Below are positions 9,507 through 17,259 of a stretch of DNA of 44,476 bases, one piece after another. Under the pieces are notes generated by a model. That model had not been told where the DNA came from. It worked only from the letters and a program-made list of their open reading frames with translations, and ran no database searches. This DNA is from Escherichia phage vB_EcoD_Pubbukkers, in the sequence record NC_073068.1. One strand, 5' to 3'. Numbering within the stretch: position 1 is the stretch's first letter; each line of letters opens with the position of its first letter. Both the position numbers and the translations under genes were made by a program.

Positions 9507-9928
9507 TGAGCAATACCGCAATCCGCAAAGCGCTTAACAGCGTGGTTGAAGAGTTATCGGCAAGCCTGAGCACAAGCCAGCGTCCGATTAGGGTTAACTG
9601 GGAGAACGTGAGCGGCGACCACGCAAACGGCAGCGGTGTCTACCTGGAGCCGTACCTGCTACCGGCCCCGACCCAGTTTGTGGGCTTACAGCAGAAGGGT
9701 CGGGTCTATGCTGGCGTATATCAGGTTGCCGTGGTGTTTCCCGCAGGAACTGGAACACAGTACGCGAGCGAACTGGCGGACGCCATCGCTACGTCTGATA
9801 AGTGGCTGGAGGTGAAGATTTCCGGTGCGTCATTTCAGCTTCAGGACGCGCCATACACCAGTTCAGTGATTGAAGACGTTGATCGCGCCCGCATCGTGGT
9901 TACAGTACCCTACACCTGTTGCGCCTGA
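9506..9928 (+). CDS. hypothetical structural protein (tail terminator region)
   Basis: 140 aa; ATG overlaps the stop of the previous gene (TAATG); immediately upstream of the putative major tail gene. Confidence 0.55.
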   Translation: MSNTAIRKALNSVVEELSASLSTSQRPIRVNWENVSGDHANGSGVYLEPYLLPAPTQFVGLQQKGRVYAGVYQVAVVFPAGTGTQYASELADAIATSDKWLEVKISGASFQLQDAPYTSSVIEDVDRARIVVTVPYTCCA

Positions 9929-9989
9929 TTTGGCGCTATTCTGCGCGTGCTGTATCATTAAACCGTATATCTAAACAGGAGCGTTCATT

Positions 9990-10715
9990 ATGGGTTATCA
10001 ACTTCCTAACGGGTCTAGCGTCCAGATTGGGTCCGTACTGGGCAACGGCATCGCTGTTACGGCAGCTACCAACGCCGCCGCGTCGATCTCCGACCTTACG
10101 CAAGGTTGCGTAATTACCTGCGCGGAGTCTCACGGTCTGGTTGTTGGCGACGTTGTTATGTTCACTAAAACCCCGTGGGTCCGTGCGCTGAACCGCGCGT
10201 TCATCGTTGGTAAAGTATCGGGGAACGACGTTACACTGGCGCGCTTCGACACCGAAGACGTCACAAAATACCCGACCGGCGCTTTCAGCGTAGGCACTCC
10301 GGGCGAAGTGGTGAAGGTGTCGAGCTTTATCGACTTCCCTTTCATTACTAACGTTGCCGTGTCTGGTGGCGACCAGCAGACGACTACATTCCAGCCGTTG
10401 CAGGTGAACACCGCAATCAGTCTGAACACCACGAAAAACCCGTTGGTTCAGACTTACACCTTCACCCACGACGAAGAAGACCCGATCCGCCCAATCCTGG
10501 AAGACCTGGACGACACACAGAAAACCACTGTGATTAAGTTCACTAACCCGGCAGCGGCAAGCGGCAAAGGTGAGATCCGTATTTACCCGGCTAAGGTATC
10601 TTTCCAGAAGATTCCGTCCGCTGAAGTAAACAACGTGGAAACAGTACAATCCACTCTGACCATGCAGTCTGATATGGTTATCTACCGTAAGGATCTTGTC
10701 GAGGCATTGTCTTGA
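9990..10715 (+). CDS. major tail (tube) protein, putative
   Basis: 241 aa; directly upstream of the frameshifting chaperone pair and tape measure gene (lambda V-G-GT-H order); followed by a strong terminator. Confidence 0.65.
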   Translation: MGYQLPNGSSVQIGSVLGNGIAVTAATNAAASISDLTQGCVITCAESHGLVVGDVVMFTKTPWVRALNRAFIVGKVSGNDVTLARFDTEDVTKYPTGAFSVGTPGEVVKVSSFIDFPFITNVAVSGGDQQTTTFQPLQVNTAISLNTTKNPLVQTYTFTHDEEDPIRPILEDLDDTQKTTVIKFTNPAAASGKGEIRIYPAKVSFQKIPSAEVNNVETVQSTLTMQSDMVIYRKDLVEALS

Positions 10716-10745
10716 TTTGGTCGCTTAAATAGCGAGTGTTAATAT

Positions 10746-10769
10746 GGGGCCAGCACGGCCCCTTTTTTA
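10746..10769 (+). terminator. rho-independent terminator
   Basis: GGGGCC-agcac-GGCCCC stem followed by TTTTTT after the major tail gene. Confidence 0.75.
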
Positions 10770-10784
10770 TTGGAGAATACTACA

Positions 10785-11147
10785 ATGGCTAAAGCACCAC
10801 TCTTTACACTTGACCCTAAGCCGACCTTTAAGCTGCCGATTGAGATCCCGCGCCCAGGTGAGAACGAACCAGGCAAGATGACTTTTACCGTCCGCCACCG
10901 CCCGATCGACGAATTTTCGCAAACCATGCAGGACACCGAACGAAAGCTGTCGGAATATGACGACAATGACCCGGACGGCTTTAACGTTATGGTCGAGGCC
11001 ATCATGCACGTCGCGGAAGGCTGGAATCTGCCAGACGAATTTAACGCGGAGAACGTCCGGCGCCTGGTGGTCAACTATCCACGCGCGTTCGGGGTGTTCC
11101 ACACGTCGTACTATCTCGAACTGATGGGATTGCGTGAAAAAAACTAA
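10785..11147 (+). CDS. tail assembly chaperone (lambda gpG-like)
   Basis: 120 aa from ATG 10785 (MAKAPLF); acidic; ends with the slippery run GAAAAAAAC just before its stop; position between major tail and tape measure genes. Confidence 0.75.
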   Translation: MAKAPLFTLDPKPTFKLPIEIPRPGENEPGKMTFTVRHRPIDEFSQTMQDTERKLSEYDDNDPDGFNVMVEAIMHVAEGWNLPDEFNAENVRRLVVNYPRAFGVFHTSYYLELMGLREKN

Positions 11148-11461
11148 TTGAGGCGGCGCGACGCTTTTATGGCCCGCCGCCACCCTCCGAAGATTTAGCC
11201 GCGAGTTTATGGGGTGCAGCCCCTGAAGATGTTTGTCCGCCTGTTGCGCTATGGCCCGACAACGCGAAGGTAGTCGCAGTCTTCACAGATTGCTCCACGC
11301 AATGGCGCACCGGTTTTGGTGGCGCATACGGCATCGACTACGGCGTGCTGGAGTGGTTATTTAAGATGCACGGTATCGAAAACGAGCAGCGCGCGTTTAA
11401 AGATATCAAGCTAATGGAGCGAATCGCGCTTGATGAGATGGCGCAGCAGAACCCCGCATAA
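10785..11461 (+). CDS. tail assembly chaperone -1 frameshift fusion product (gpGT-like)
   Basis: The -1 frame is closed by TGA at 11135-11137 and opens exactly at the slippery heptamer A_AAA_AAC (11138-11144), then runs to TAA at 11459-11461 with no in-frame start codon near its beginning; a GGCGGCG/CGCCGCC hairpin (11152-11181) lies 8 nt downstream. Confidence 0.7.
11138..11181 (+). other. programmed -1 ribosomal frameshift site (slippery heptamer plus downstream stem-loop)
   Basis: A_AAA_AAC at 11138-11144 in the chaperone frame; inverted repeat GGCGGCG (11152-11158) / CGCCGCC (11175-11181) downstream. Confidence 0.65.
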
Positions 11462-11595
11462 TGAAGCGGGACAGGCGGGACGTCCCGTTTTGTCCCGCCT
11501 CTGTAAAACTGCATATCTACTCACTTCCACTGCATAAACTCAAAACGGGACAAGCGGGACGTCCCGCTTAGTCCCGCCCTGTAAATGTGCATACC

Positions 11596-11782
11596 TATGC
11601 AGTTTTATTGCATAAACTAAGCGGGACAAAAAGCGGGACAAACAAGGGGCGGGACAAAGCGGGACAGCACCCCGTCCCCGCCAGTGCTGCCGCGGTTTTC
11701 AGCCGATCGGGACAGCGGGACAGCACCCCAGTCTTTCAGACTAGACGGGGGTCAATGGCCCCCCTCGTCTGAGACTGAATAA
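11596..11782. repeat. copy 1 of a ~188-bp duplicated non-coding element (GCGGGACA iterons plus conserved stem-loop)
   Basis: Near-identical to 40076..40263; contains a TATGCA-gttttat-TGCATA palindrome, four tandem GCGGGACA units, two more after a divergent 26-bp segment, and the hairpin AGACGGGGG-loop-CCCCCCTCGTCT (11743-11770). Confidence 0.85.
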
Positions 11783-11845
11783 GGTTTGTTTTGAAATCGC
11801 TGATACAATATCCATCGGCAACTGCATAAAAAAGGGGACTGCATA

Positions 11846-14488
11846 ATGGCAGATCAGGCAGCAGGCATCACGCTAAAGGCTGATGTTGCACAAATCAGAA
11901 CGGCAAATACTGTGCTGGACTCCTTCGCACAGAAATCCGAGAACACAGAAAACAAGGTTAAGAAATTAAACGACACCCTCGGCAAATCCAAAAAGGTGAC
12001 GAGTGACGCCGCGGGCGGAATGGAAAAGCTGGCAAACGAATCGCAGCGCGCCGCCGATGGCATGACGAAACAGGAGCGACTCGCCAACAGGTTAGGCATG
12101 TCGACTAAAAACCTGGGCTTTGCCTCGCGTAACGCCGCATTCCAGTTACAGGATATCGCAGTTACGCTTGAGATGGGGATGCCGGTACACCGCGTTATGC
12201 TTCAGCAGTTACCGCAGCTAACTGGGGCGTTCGGTGGATTGGGTAACACTCTGCGTTATGTTGCTGGCTTCCTCGGTCCAGTTGGGATCGGCCTTGCTGC
12301 GGTAACGGCAACGTTAGGCGTGGGCGTAGCAATTACGTCCCGCGCAGAGAACCAGGTCGCAGCGCTTAACAAGACGCTGGCGCTGTCAGGTAACATTTCC
12401 GGCCTAACGGCAAACCAGATCCTGGTGCTATCCGAGAACGCCGAGCGCATGGGCGGATCATTCCGCAAGACGCGTGACACAATCCAGGCGCTGGCGGCGG
12501 CGGGTGTGAAAGCGGGGGCGGACTTCGGCGCGCTGGCGAAGGTTGTGAATGACTTCGCGAAGGCGTCTAATCAGCCGATCTCTGACGTGGTTGAATCCAT
12601 CTCAAAATTGTCGAACGACCCAGTGGGCGGACTGCGTGCGCTGGCGGATAAGTATCATGTCGTTACCGAGGCGCAGATCCAGCAGGTGCAATCGCTTGTA
12701 GATATGGGGCGTGAAACGGACGCGGTTGCTCTGGCTAACAAAACAGCCGCTGCGTCGTTCTCCAGCATGACCGATGAGGTAAAGTCCAACATGGGTACGC
12801 TTGAGCGGTCGATGAACGTAGTTACATCGGCAGCTAAATCTATGTGGGATGCCATCCTGGATGTGGGCCGCGCGCAGTCCTCGAATGAGTCCGAGATGAA
12901 AGCGCGTGAGTCCTTGCAGCGCATGACCACGGCGTACTATGCCGAGATGAGGGCGGTAAACGCTGCCGGTGGGGTGATGACCGAAGCGCAGAAAGCGCGT
13001 ATTAACATGCTTTACAGCGAACTGGTCGCCCAGGAAAAGGTAGTAGCGTCGCTCACCCTTCGCAACCGTGCCGAGCGAGACAGCGCCAGCGCCGCGGATG
13101 AAGCAGCAAAGGCGAACGAGGAGGCAAACCGCGCCGCCCGCGACCGCGCCGCGTTTGAGAAGGAGTACGCAACCAACGCGAAGCGGCGAGCCGACGAGAT
13201 CGCCCGCCTAAATTTGCTGAATAAGCGCGGTGTTATTAACGAGAAAGAACTAGCCGAGGCGGTGAAGCAGGTCAACGAGCGTTACAAAGACCCCGCGCCG
13301 AAGAAAGCGGCGGCAGTTCGAGTCGATGCCGGGCTGAAAATGCTGGAAGTCGCGCGAAGCGAATTAGCCCAGCTTCGTGAGTCTGGAAAGCAGATCGAAG
13401 CCAACGCATCGACGCAGACCCGCACGCAACGCGCGCAAGCGTCCCTGAACAAGCTGATTGCCGATAATGAGCAGTTAATCACCGCGAGCAAGGAGCGCGC
13501 ACTCACGGCAGCAGAAAAGCAGCAAACGGCGGCGTTCGAGGCGGTTAAATCGGTACGCGAGCAGATCGTCGAAGAAGCCAAATTGCTGGACGCGAAAGAG
13601 AAGCAGATCAAAGCACACGCCCAGGTCGATGCATTCATCAAGAACCAGAACGCCGAGCTAAAAGCCACCGCGGCGGGATATGCGCTTTCCACTCGCGAAG
13701 CGGCTAACCTGCGCGAAGAATTGCAGCTAATTGATCGCCTGAAGCGGGTGGGCGCTAACGATACCGATATTGATCTGGCGGTGTCTAAGCTGCGCGAAGT
13801 GCAGGAAGCACAGACCGGTGCTAACGCCTCGCTATGGGATGGCCTCAGCCGCGGGCTTAAGGATAGCGTTGATGAAATGGGTAACGGCTATACGCAGATG
13901 ACGTCACTCACAAAATTCACGTTCGGCGCTATGCAGGACACGATGAACGAGTTTTTCGAGACTGGCAAGCTGAACGCAAAAGATATGGTTAAGTCCATTC
14001 TGAGCGAATTAATAAAGCTGGCTACCTCGCAGGCATTCAAGTCCATCGTTAGCGCTTTCGGTGGCGACGGCGGCAAAAACGGATTGTTCGGCGCTATCTT
14101 CTCTGGCCTAACTAAGAATGCGGACGGAGGAGCGTACGCAGGGGGCAATCTCGCGGCCTATTCGGGGCAAGTGGTAAGCCAGCCCACCTTTTTCAGTTAC
14201 GGCGTCCAGGCGTTCGCAAAGGGCGCGGGATTGATGGGGGAGGCCGGACCAGAGGCCATCATGCCACTGAAGCGCGGCCCGGACGGCAAACTGGGCGTTG
14301 CCGCTGCCGGTGTAGGCGGAGGGATGATTGTAACGACCAACGTTAACATGGGGACCGGTAAGACGGATACCAGTGTTAGCGGTCCAGACCCGCGCACCGC
14401 GCAGGCGTTCGGAAAGCAAATCACCGAGTCGGTCAAGGCCGAGATCGTGAAGGCGACGAAACCGGGTGGTGTACTTTACAAACGATGA
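11846..14488 (+). CDS. tail tape measure protein
   Basis: 880 aa; long Ala/Gln/Glu-rich predicted helical protein with Gly-rich C-terminal region; lies between the G/GT chaperones and the minor tail genes. Confidence 0.88.
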   Translation: MADQAAGITLKADVAQIRTANTVLDSFAQKSENTENKVKKLNDTLGKSKKVTSDAAGGMEKLANESQRAADGMTKQERLANRLGMSTKNLGFASRNAAFQLQDIAVTLEMGMPVHRVMLQQLPQLTGAFGGLGNTLRYVAGFLGPVGIGLAAVTATLGVGVAITSRAENQVAALNKTLALSGNISGLTANQILVLSENAERMGGSFRKTRDTIQALAAAGVKAGADFGALAKVVNDFAKASNQPISDVVESISKLSNDPVGGLRALADKYHVVTEAQIQQVQSLVDMGRETDAVALANKTAAASFSSMTDEVKSNMGTLERSMNVVTSAAKSMWDAILDVGRAQSSNESEMKARESLQRMTTAYYAEMRAVNAAGGVMTEAQKARINMLYSELVAQEKVVASLTLRNRAERDSASAADEAAKANEEANRAARDRAAFEKEYATNAKRRADEIARLNLLNKRGVINEKELAEAVKQVNERYKDPAPKKAAAVRVDAGLKMLEVARSELAQLRESGKQIEANASTQTRTQRAQASLNKLIADNEQLITASKERALTAAEKQQTAAFEAVKSVREQIVEEAKLLDAKEKQIKAHAQVDAFIKNQNAELKATAAGYALSTREAANLREELQLIDRLKRVGANDTDIDLAVSKLREVQEAQTGANASLWDGLSRGLKDSVDEMGNGYTQMTSLTKFTFGAMQDTMNEFFETGKLNAKDMVKSILSELIKLATSQAFKSIVSAFGGDGGKNGLFGAIFSGLTKNADGGAYAGGNLAAYSGQVVSQPTFFSYGVQAFAKGAGLMGEAGPEAIMPLKRGPDGKLGVAAAGVGGGMIVTTNVNMGTGKTDTSVSGPDPRTAQAFGKQITESVKAEIVKATKPGGVLYKR

Positions 14489-14523
14489 TAAAATGGCCCT
14501 CACTACAACGTGGGGGCTTTTTT

Positions 14524-15123
14524 ATGGCGCAAGGTACAATCACACTAACTAAGGGAAGTAAGACCATCACAGGCGTGGGAACCGCGTTCCTGAGCGAGAT
14601 CGGGAAGGTCCGCGTATTTACCCGCATCGACGGCAACGACTACACCGGAAAAATTGCGGCATTCAACTCTAACACCGTCATCACCCTGGCGGATAACTGG
14701 GCCGGACCGACAAAAGCCGGCGCAGCTTATGAGCTAATCGAAGCGCACGACCCGCGATCAAACGAATGGCCCTATTACTGGCACATGCAATTGCAAGGCG
14801 GCGGAGACGTGCAGTTGGCTTTCCGGTCCGAGGAATTGCAGTTTGGTAACGGTTACGGTCAGAACATCGCGGACGGCCCGAACGCCGAAACGAAACAGTT
14901 CCCCGTGCAATTCATCGGACTGACTACTGACAAGTGGTGCAACCCTAAACTGGTTTACAACTTCCTTCGCGGGCACTTCGTCAAACCGTTTGTCGTCACC
15001 GCGCCGGATGGCGAAACAGGTTTATTCGTGGTCGAGCGTTCGAGCTTGTCGTACACTGACAACGGGCACTACACGGCAACGGTATCCGCCACCCTTAAGA
15101 CTGCTATTGGATTCGTAAGATGA
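14524..15123 (+). CDS. minor tail protein (lambda gpM position)
   Basis: 199 aa from ATG 14524 (MAQGTITLTKGSKTITGVGTAF); first gene after tape measure; N-terminal ~23 aa resemble the N-terminus of the side tail fibre (22006). Confidence 0.6.
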   Translation: MAQGTITLTKGSKTITGVGTAFLSEIGKVRVFTRIDGNDYTGKIAAFNSNTVITLADNWAGPTKAGAAYELIEAHDPRSNEWPYYWHMQLQGGGDVQLAFRSEELQFGNGYGQNIADGPNAETKQFPVQFIGLTTDKWCNPKLVYNFLRGHFVKPFVVTAPDGETGLFVVERSSLSYTDNGHYTATVSATLKTAIGFVR

Positions 15124-15908
15124 ATAAACTATATCGCGAGGCGACGCGCTTTGACCCATCGGGACGCGTTCGCCTGATTCACATTGATGCGCAGGACGTG
15201 GAACCGGGAGACGGCGCCATCGGTGCGGGTCATCACTATTTTCACTATTGCTTTATCCCTCACACTGCCGAGGATATTGCCGCCGCAGGCGGTGACGAGG
15301 ACAAGCTAAAACCTAAATCCATCTTCTTCGGCGGGCAGGAGTTCGAATTTTGGCCCTTCGATTTGTCCGGCCTCAACTTCTCCACATCAACGGCCGCAGA
15401 ACCGCAACTAACAATCGTCGATATTGGCGGCATAATAACCCGGCTGTCGCTGAATCACGACCAGCTACTGGGCGCGAAGGTTGAGATCATTGATACGTTC
15501 GCGAAGTTCCTGGACAACGGGACAGATCCAGACCCGACGCAGAAACGAGTTCAGGAGTATTACATTGACTCGCAGGTCGGGCGCAATCCTGGCAAGCAAA
15601 TCACCTTCGCACTATCCTCGCCTGCGGATATGGAAGGGCAGGTCGTTCCCCGTCGCCAAATCATGAATATGTGCGAGTGGGCGCTCAACGGGAAGTACGC
15701 CAGCGGGGACGGGTGCACCTGGAACCTTGCGAAGCCTGGTATAAAGTATTATGACGAGCGAGGTAATGAAGTCATCGCGATGAACATGGACCGATGCGGC
15801 GGCTGTTTGTCAGACTGTTATCTTCGATTTGGGCAAGGGCTTGCGGACCCTAAAGCGGCGGTGCTGGACTTCGGCGGCTTTCCGGGGTCCAGATTAATTA
15901 AGGGGTAG
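15120..15908 (+). CDS. minor tail protein L-like
   Basis: 262 aa; C-terminal Cys cluster (CGGCLSDC) as expected for the Fe-S-binding lambda gpL family; M-L-K-I-J synteny. Confidence 0.7.
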   Translation: MNKLYREATRFDPSGRVRLIHIDAQDVEPGDGAIGAGHHYFHYCFIPHTAEDIAAAGGDEDKLKPKSIFFGGQEFEFWPFDLSGLNFSTSTAAEPQLTIVDIGGIITRLSLNHDQLLGAKVEIIDTFAKFLDNGTDPDPTQKRVQEYYIDSQVGRNPGKQITFALSSPADMEGQVVPRRQIMNMCEWALNGKYASGDGCTWNLAKPGIKYYDERGNEVIAMNMDRCGGCLSDCYLRFGQGLADPKAAVLDFGGFPGSRLIKG

Positions 15909-15910
15909 TT

Positions 15911-16651
15911 ATGTTAACGAAAAAGGTTAAAAGCGATATAGCCGCACACGTCGCGGCGTGTCTGCCGGAAGAAGCCTGTGGCCTGGTTGTCATGGTGGGT
16001 CGTAAGCAAGTGTTCGTCCCATGTCTGAACGTATTCGAAGACCCGACCGGCGTGCGCTCCCGCAAAGACGCTTTTACGATTAGTGATATGGCCTGGATGG
16101 ATGCCGAGGATATGGGCGACGTCGTGCGCGTAGTCCACTCACACCCGGGTCAGCGCGAGTTAACCCCGTCGTTGGGCGACGTTAACGGATGCAACGGCAG
16201 CGGCGTCGTCTGGACCATCACTAACGAATATGGCGACTTTATCGAGATCGACCCGGAAGACCCGCCGCTGGTGGGTCGCCGATTTGTTCTCGGAATTACG
16301 GATTGTTATGGCCTCGTTATGGACTGGCACAAAAAGCAGGGAGTAAATTTGCCAGACTTCCGCGTGCCGTACAACTGGTGGGAGACCGGGGAGAACCTGT
16401 ACATGGATAACTGGTACGGTGCAGGCTTCAGAGAATGCGAGGAGAATACGCCTGGGGCGATGGTCATCATGCAGATTAGCGCGCCAGTGCCTAACCATGC
16501 CGGAATCTACCTTCCGGGCAACCAACTACTACACCATATCTACGGCAGCCTGTCGAGCGTGATACCCTTCCGGGCAGGATTTTTCCGCGACAATGTGGTT
16601 AAATGGGTACGTCATAAAGACCTACCGGGGAATATCACAGAATGGCAATGA
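15911..16651 (+). CDS. tail assembly protein K-like (JAB/MPN plus NlpC/P60)
   Basis: 246 aa; JAMM-like VVRVVHSHPGQ motif followed by a Cys/His pair (ITDCYGLVMDWH) consistent with an NlpC/P60 domain. Confidence 0.78.
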   Translation: MLTKKVKSDIAAHVAACLPEEACGLVVMVGRKQVFVPCLNVFEDPTGVRSRKDAFTISDMAWMDAEDMGDVVRVVHSHPGQRELTPSLGDVNGCNGSGVVWTITNEYGDFIEIDPEDPPLVGRRFVLGITDCYGLVMDWHKKQGVNLPDFRVPYNWWETGENLYMDNWYGAGFRECEENTPGAMVIMQISAPVPNHAGIYLPGNQLLHHIYGSLSSVIPFRAGFFRDNVVKWVRHKDLPGNITEWQ

Positions 16652-17259
16652 CCACATTTAAATTGTACGGCGTCTTAGGACGTCGTTTTGGTAAAGTGCA
16701 TAAGCTGGACTGCTTCACACCGGGCGAGGGTATCACCGGCCTGTGCGTGAAGTTACCCGGCTTACAGGACTTTCTAATGTCGGCCCACCTGGACAACATG
16801 ATGTTCAAAGTGCGCAAGGGCAATCACACTCTGACCGGCTACGATGAGCTAGGCGAGTTCCACGGCAATCGCGTAGTGACCATCGCGCCGGTTATGACTG
16901 GTGCAAAAAGCGGACTGGGCCAATTGCTGGCGGGTGTAGCAATCGTGGTGGCGTCGTTCTATACCGGCGGGCTTGCGACTGCCGCTTTTGGAGCTTCAGC
17001 GGCGACCGCGGCCTCTATCGGCGCAGCGACGTTTTCGTTCGGGATGTCGATGGCGCTGGGCGGCGTTATGCAATTGCTGTCGCCACAACCGAAAGGATTG
17101 CAGACACGGCAGGACGTGGATAACAAAGCGTCGTATGCGTTCGGCGGCCCGGTAAACACGACCGCGCAAGGTACGGCGCTTGGTGTATTATGGGGCGAGC
17201 GTGAGATCGGCGGCGCTATTATTTCAGCCGGAATCGTAACCGAGGACTTGAACGAATGA
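16642..17259 (+). CDS. tail assembly protein I-like
   Basis: 205 aa between the K-like and J-like genes; Gly/Ala-rich hydrophobic C-terminal half; assigned by synteny. Confidence 0.65.
   Translation: MAMTTFKLYGVLGRRFGKVHKLDCFTPGEGITGLCVKLPGLQDFLMSAHLDNMMFKVRKGNHTLTGYDELGEFHGNRVVTIAPVMTGAKSGLGQLLAGVAIVVASFYTGGLATAAFGASAATAASIGAATFSFGMSMALGGVMQLLSPQPKGLQTRQDVDNKASYAFGGPVNTTAQGTALGVLWGEREIGGAIISAGIVTEDLNE

Noticed and set aside
11587-11772. 61-aa ORF across the repeat element, and the related 118-aa ORF at 39998..40354, as a duplicated protein gene
   Set aside because: Both lie entirely within the duplicated non-coding element, lack convincing RBS/start context, and encode low-complexity peptides; conservation is better explained at the DNA level. 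Not fully excluded.
11596-11782. GCGGGACA direct-repeat arrays as a possible CRISPR array
   Set aside because: Repeat units are only 6-8 bp with 2-6 bp spacing and no unique spacers of 25-40 bp; the architecture fits iterons or protein-binding sites, not CRISPR.
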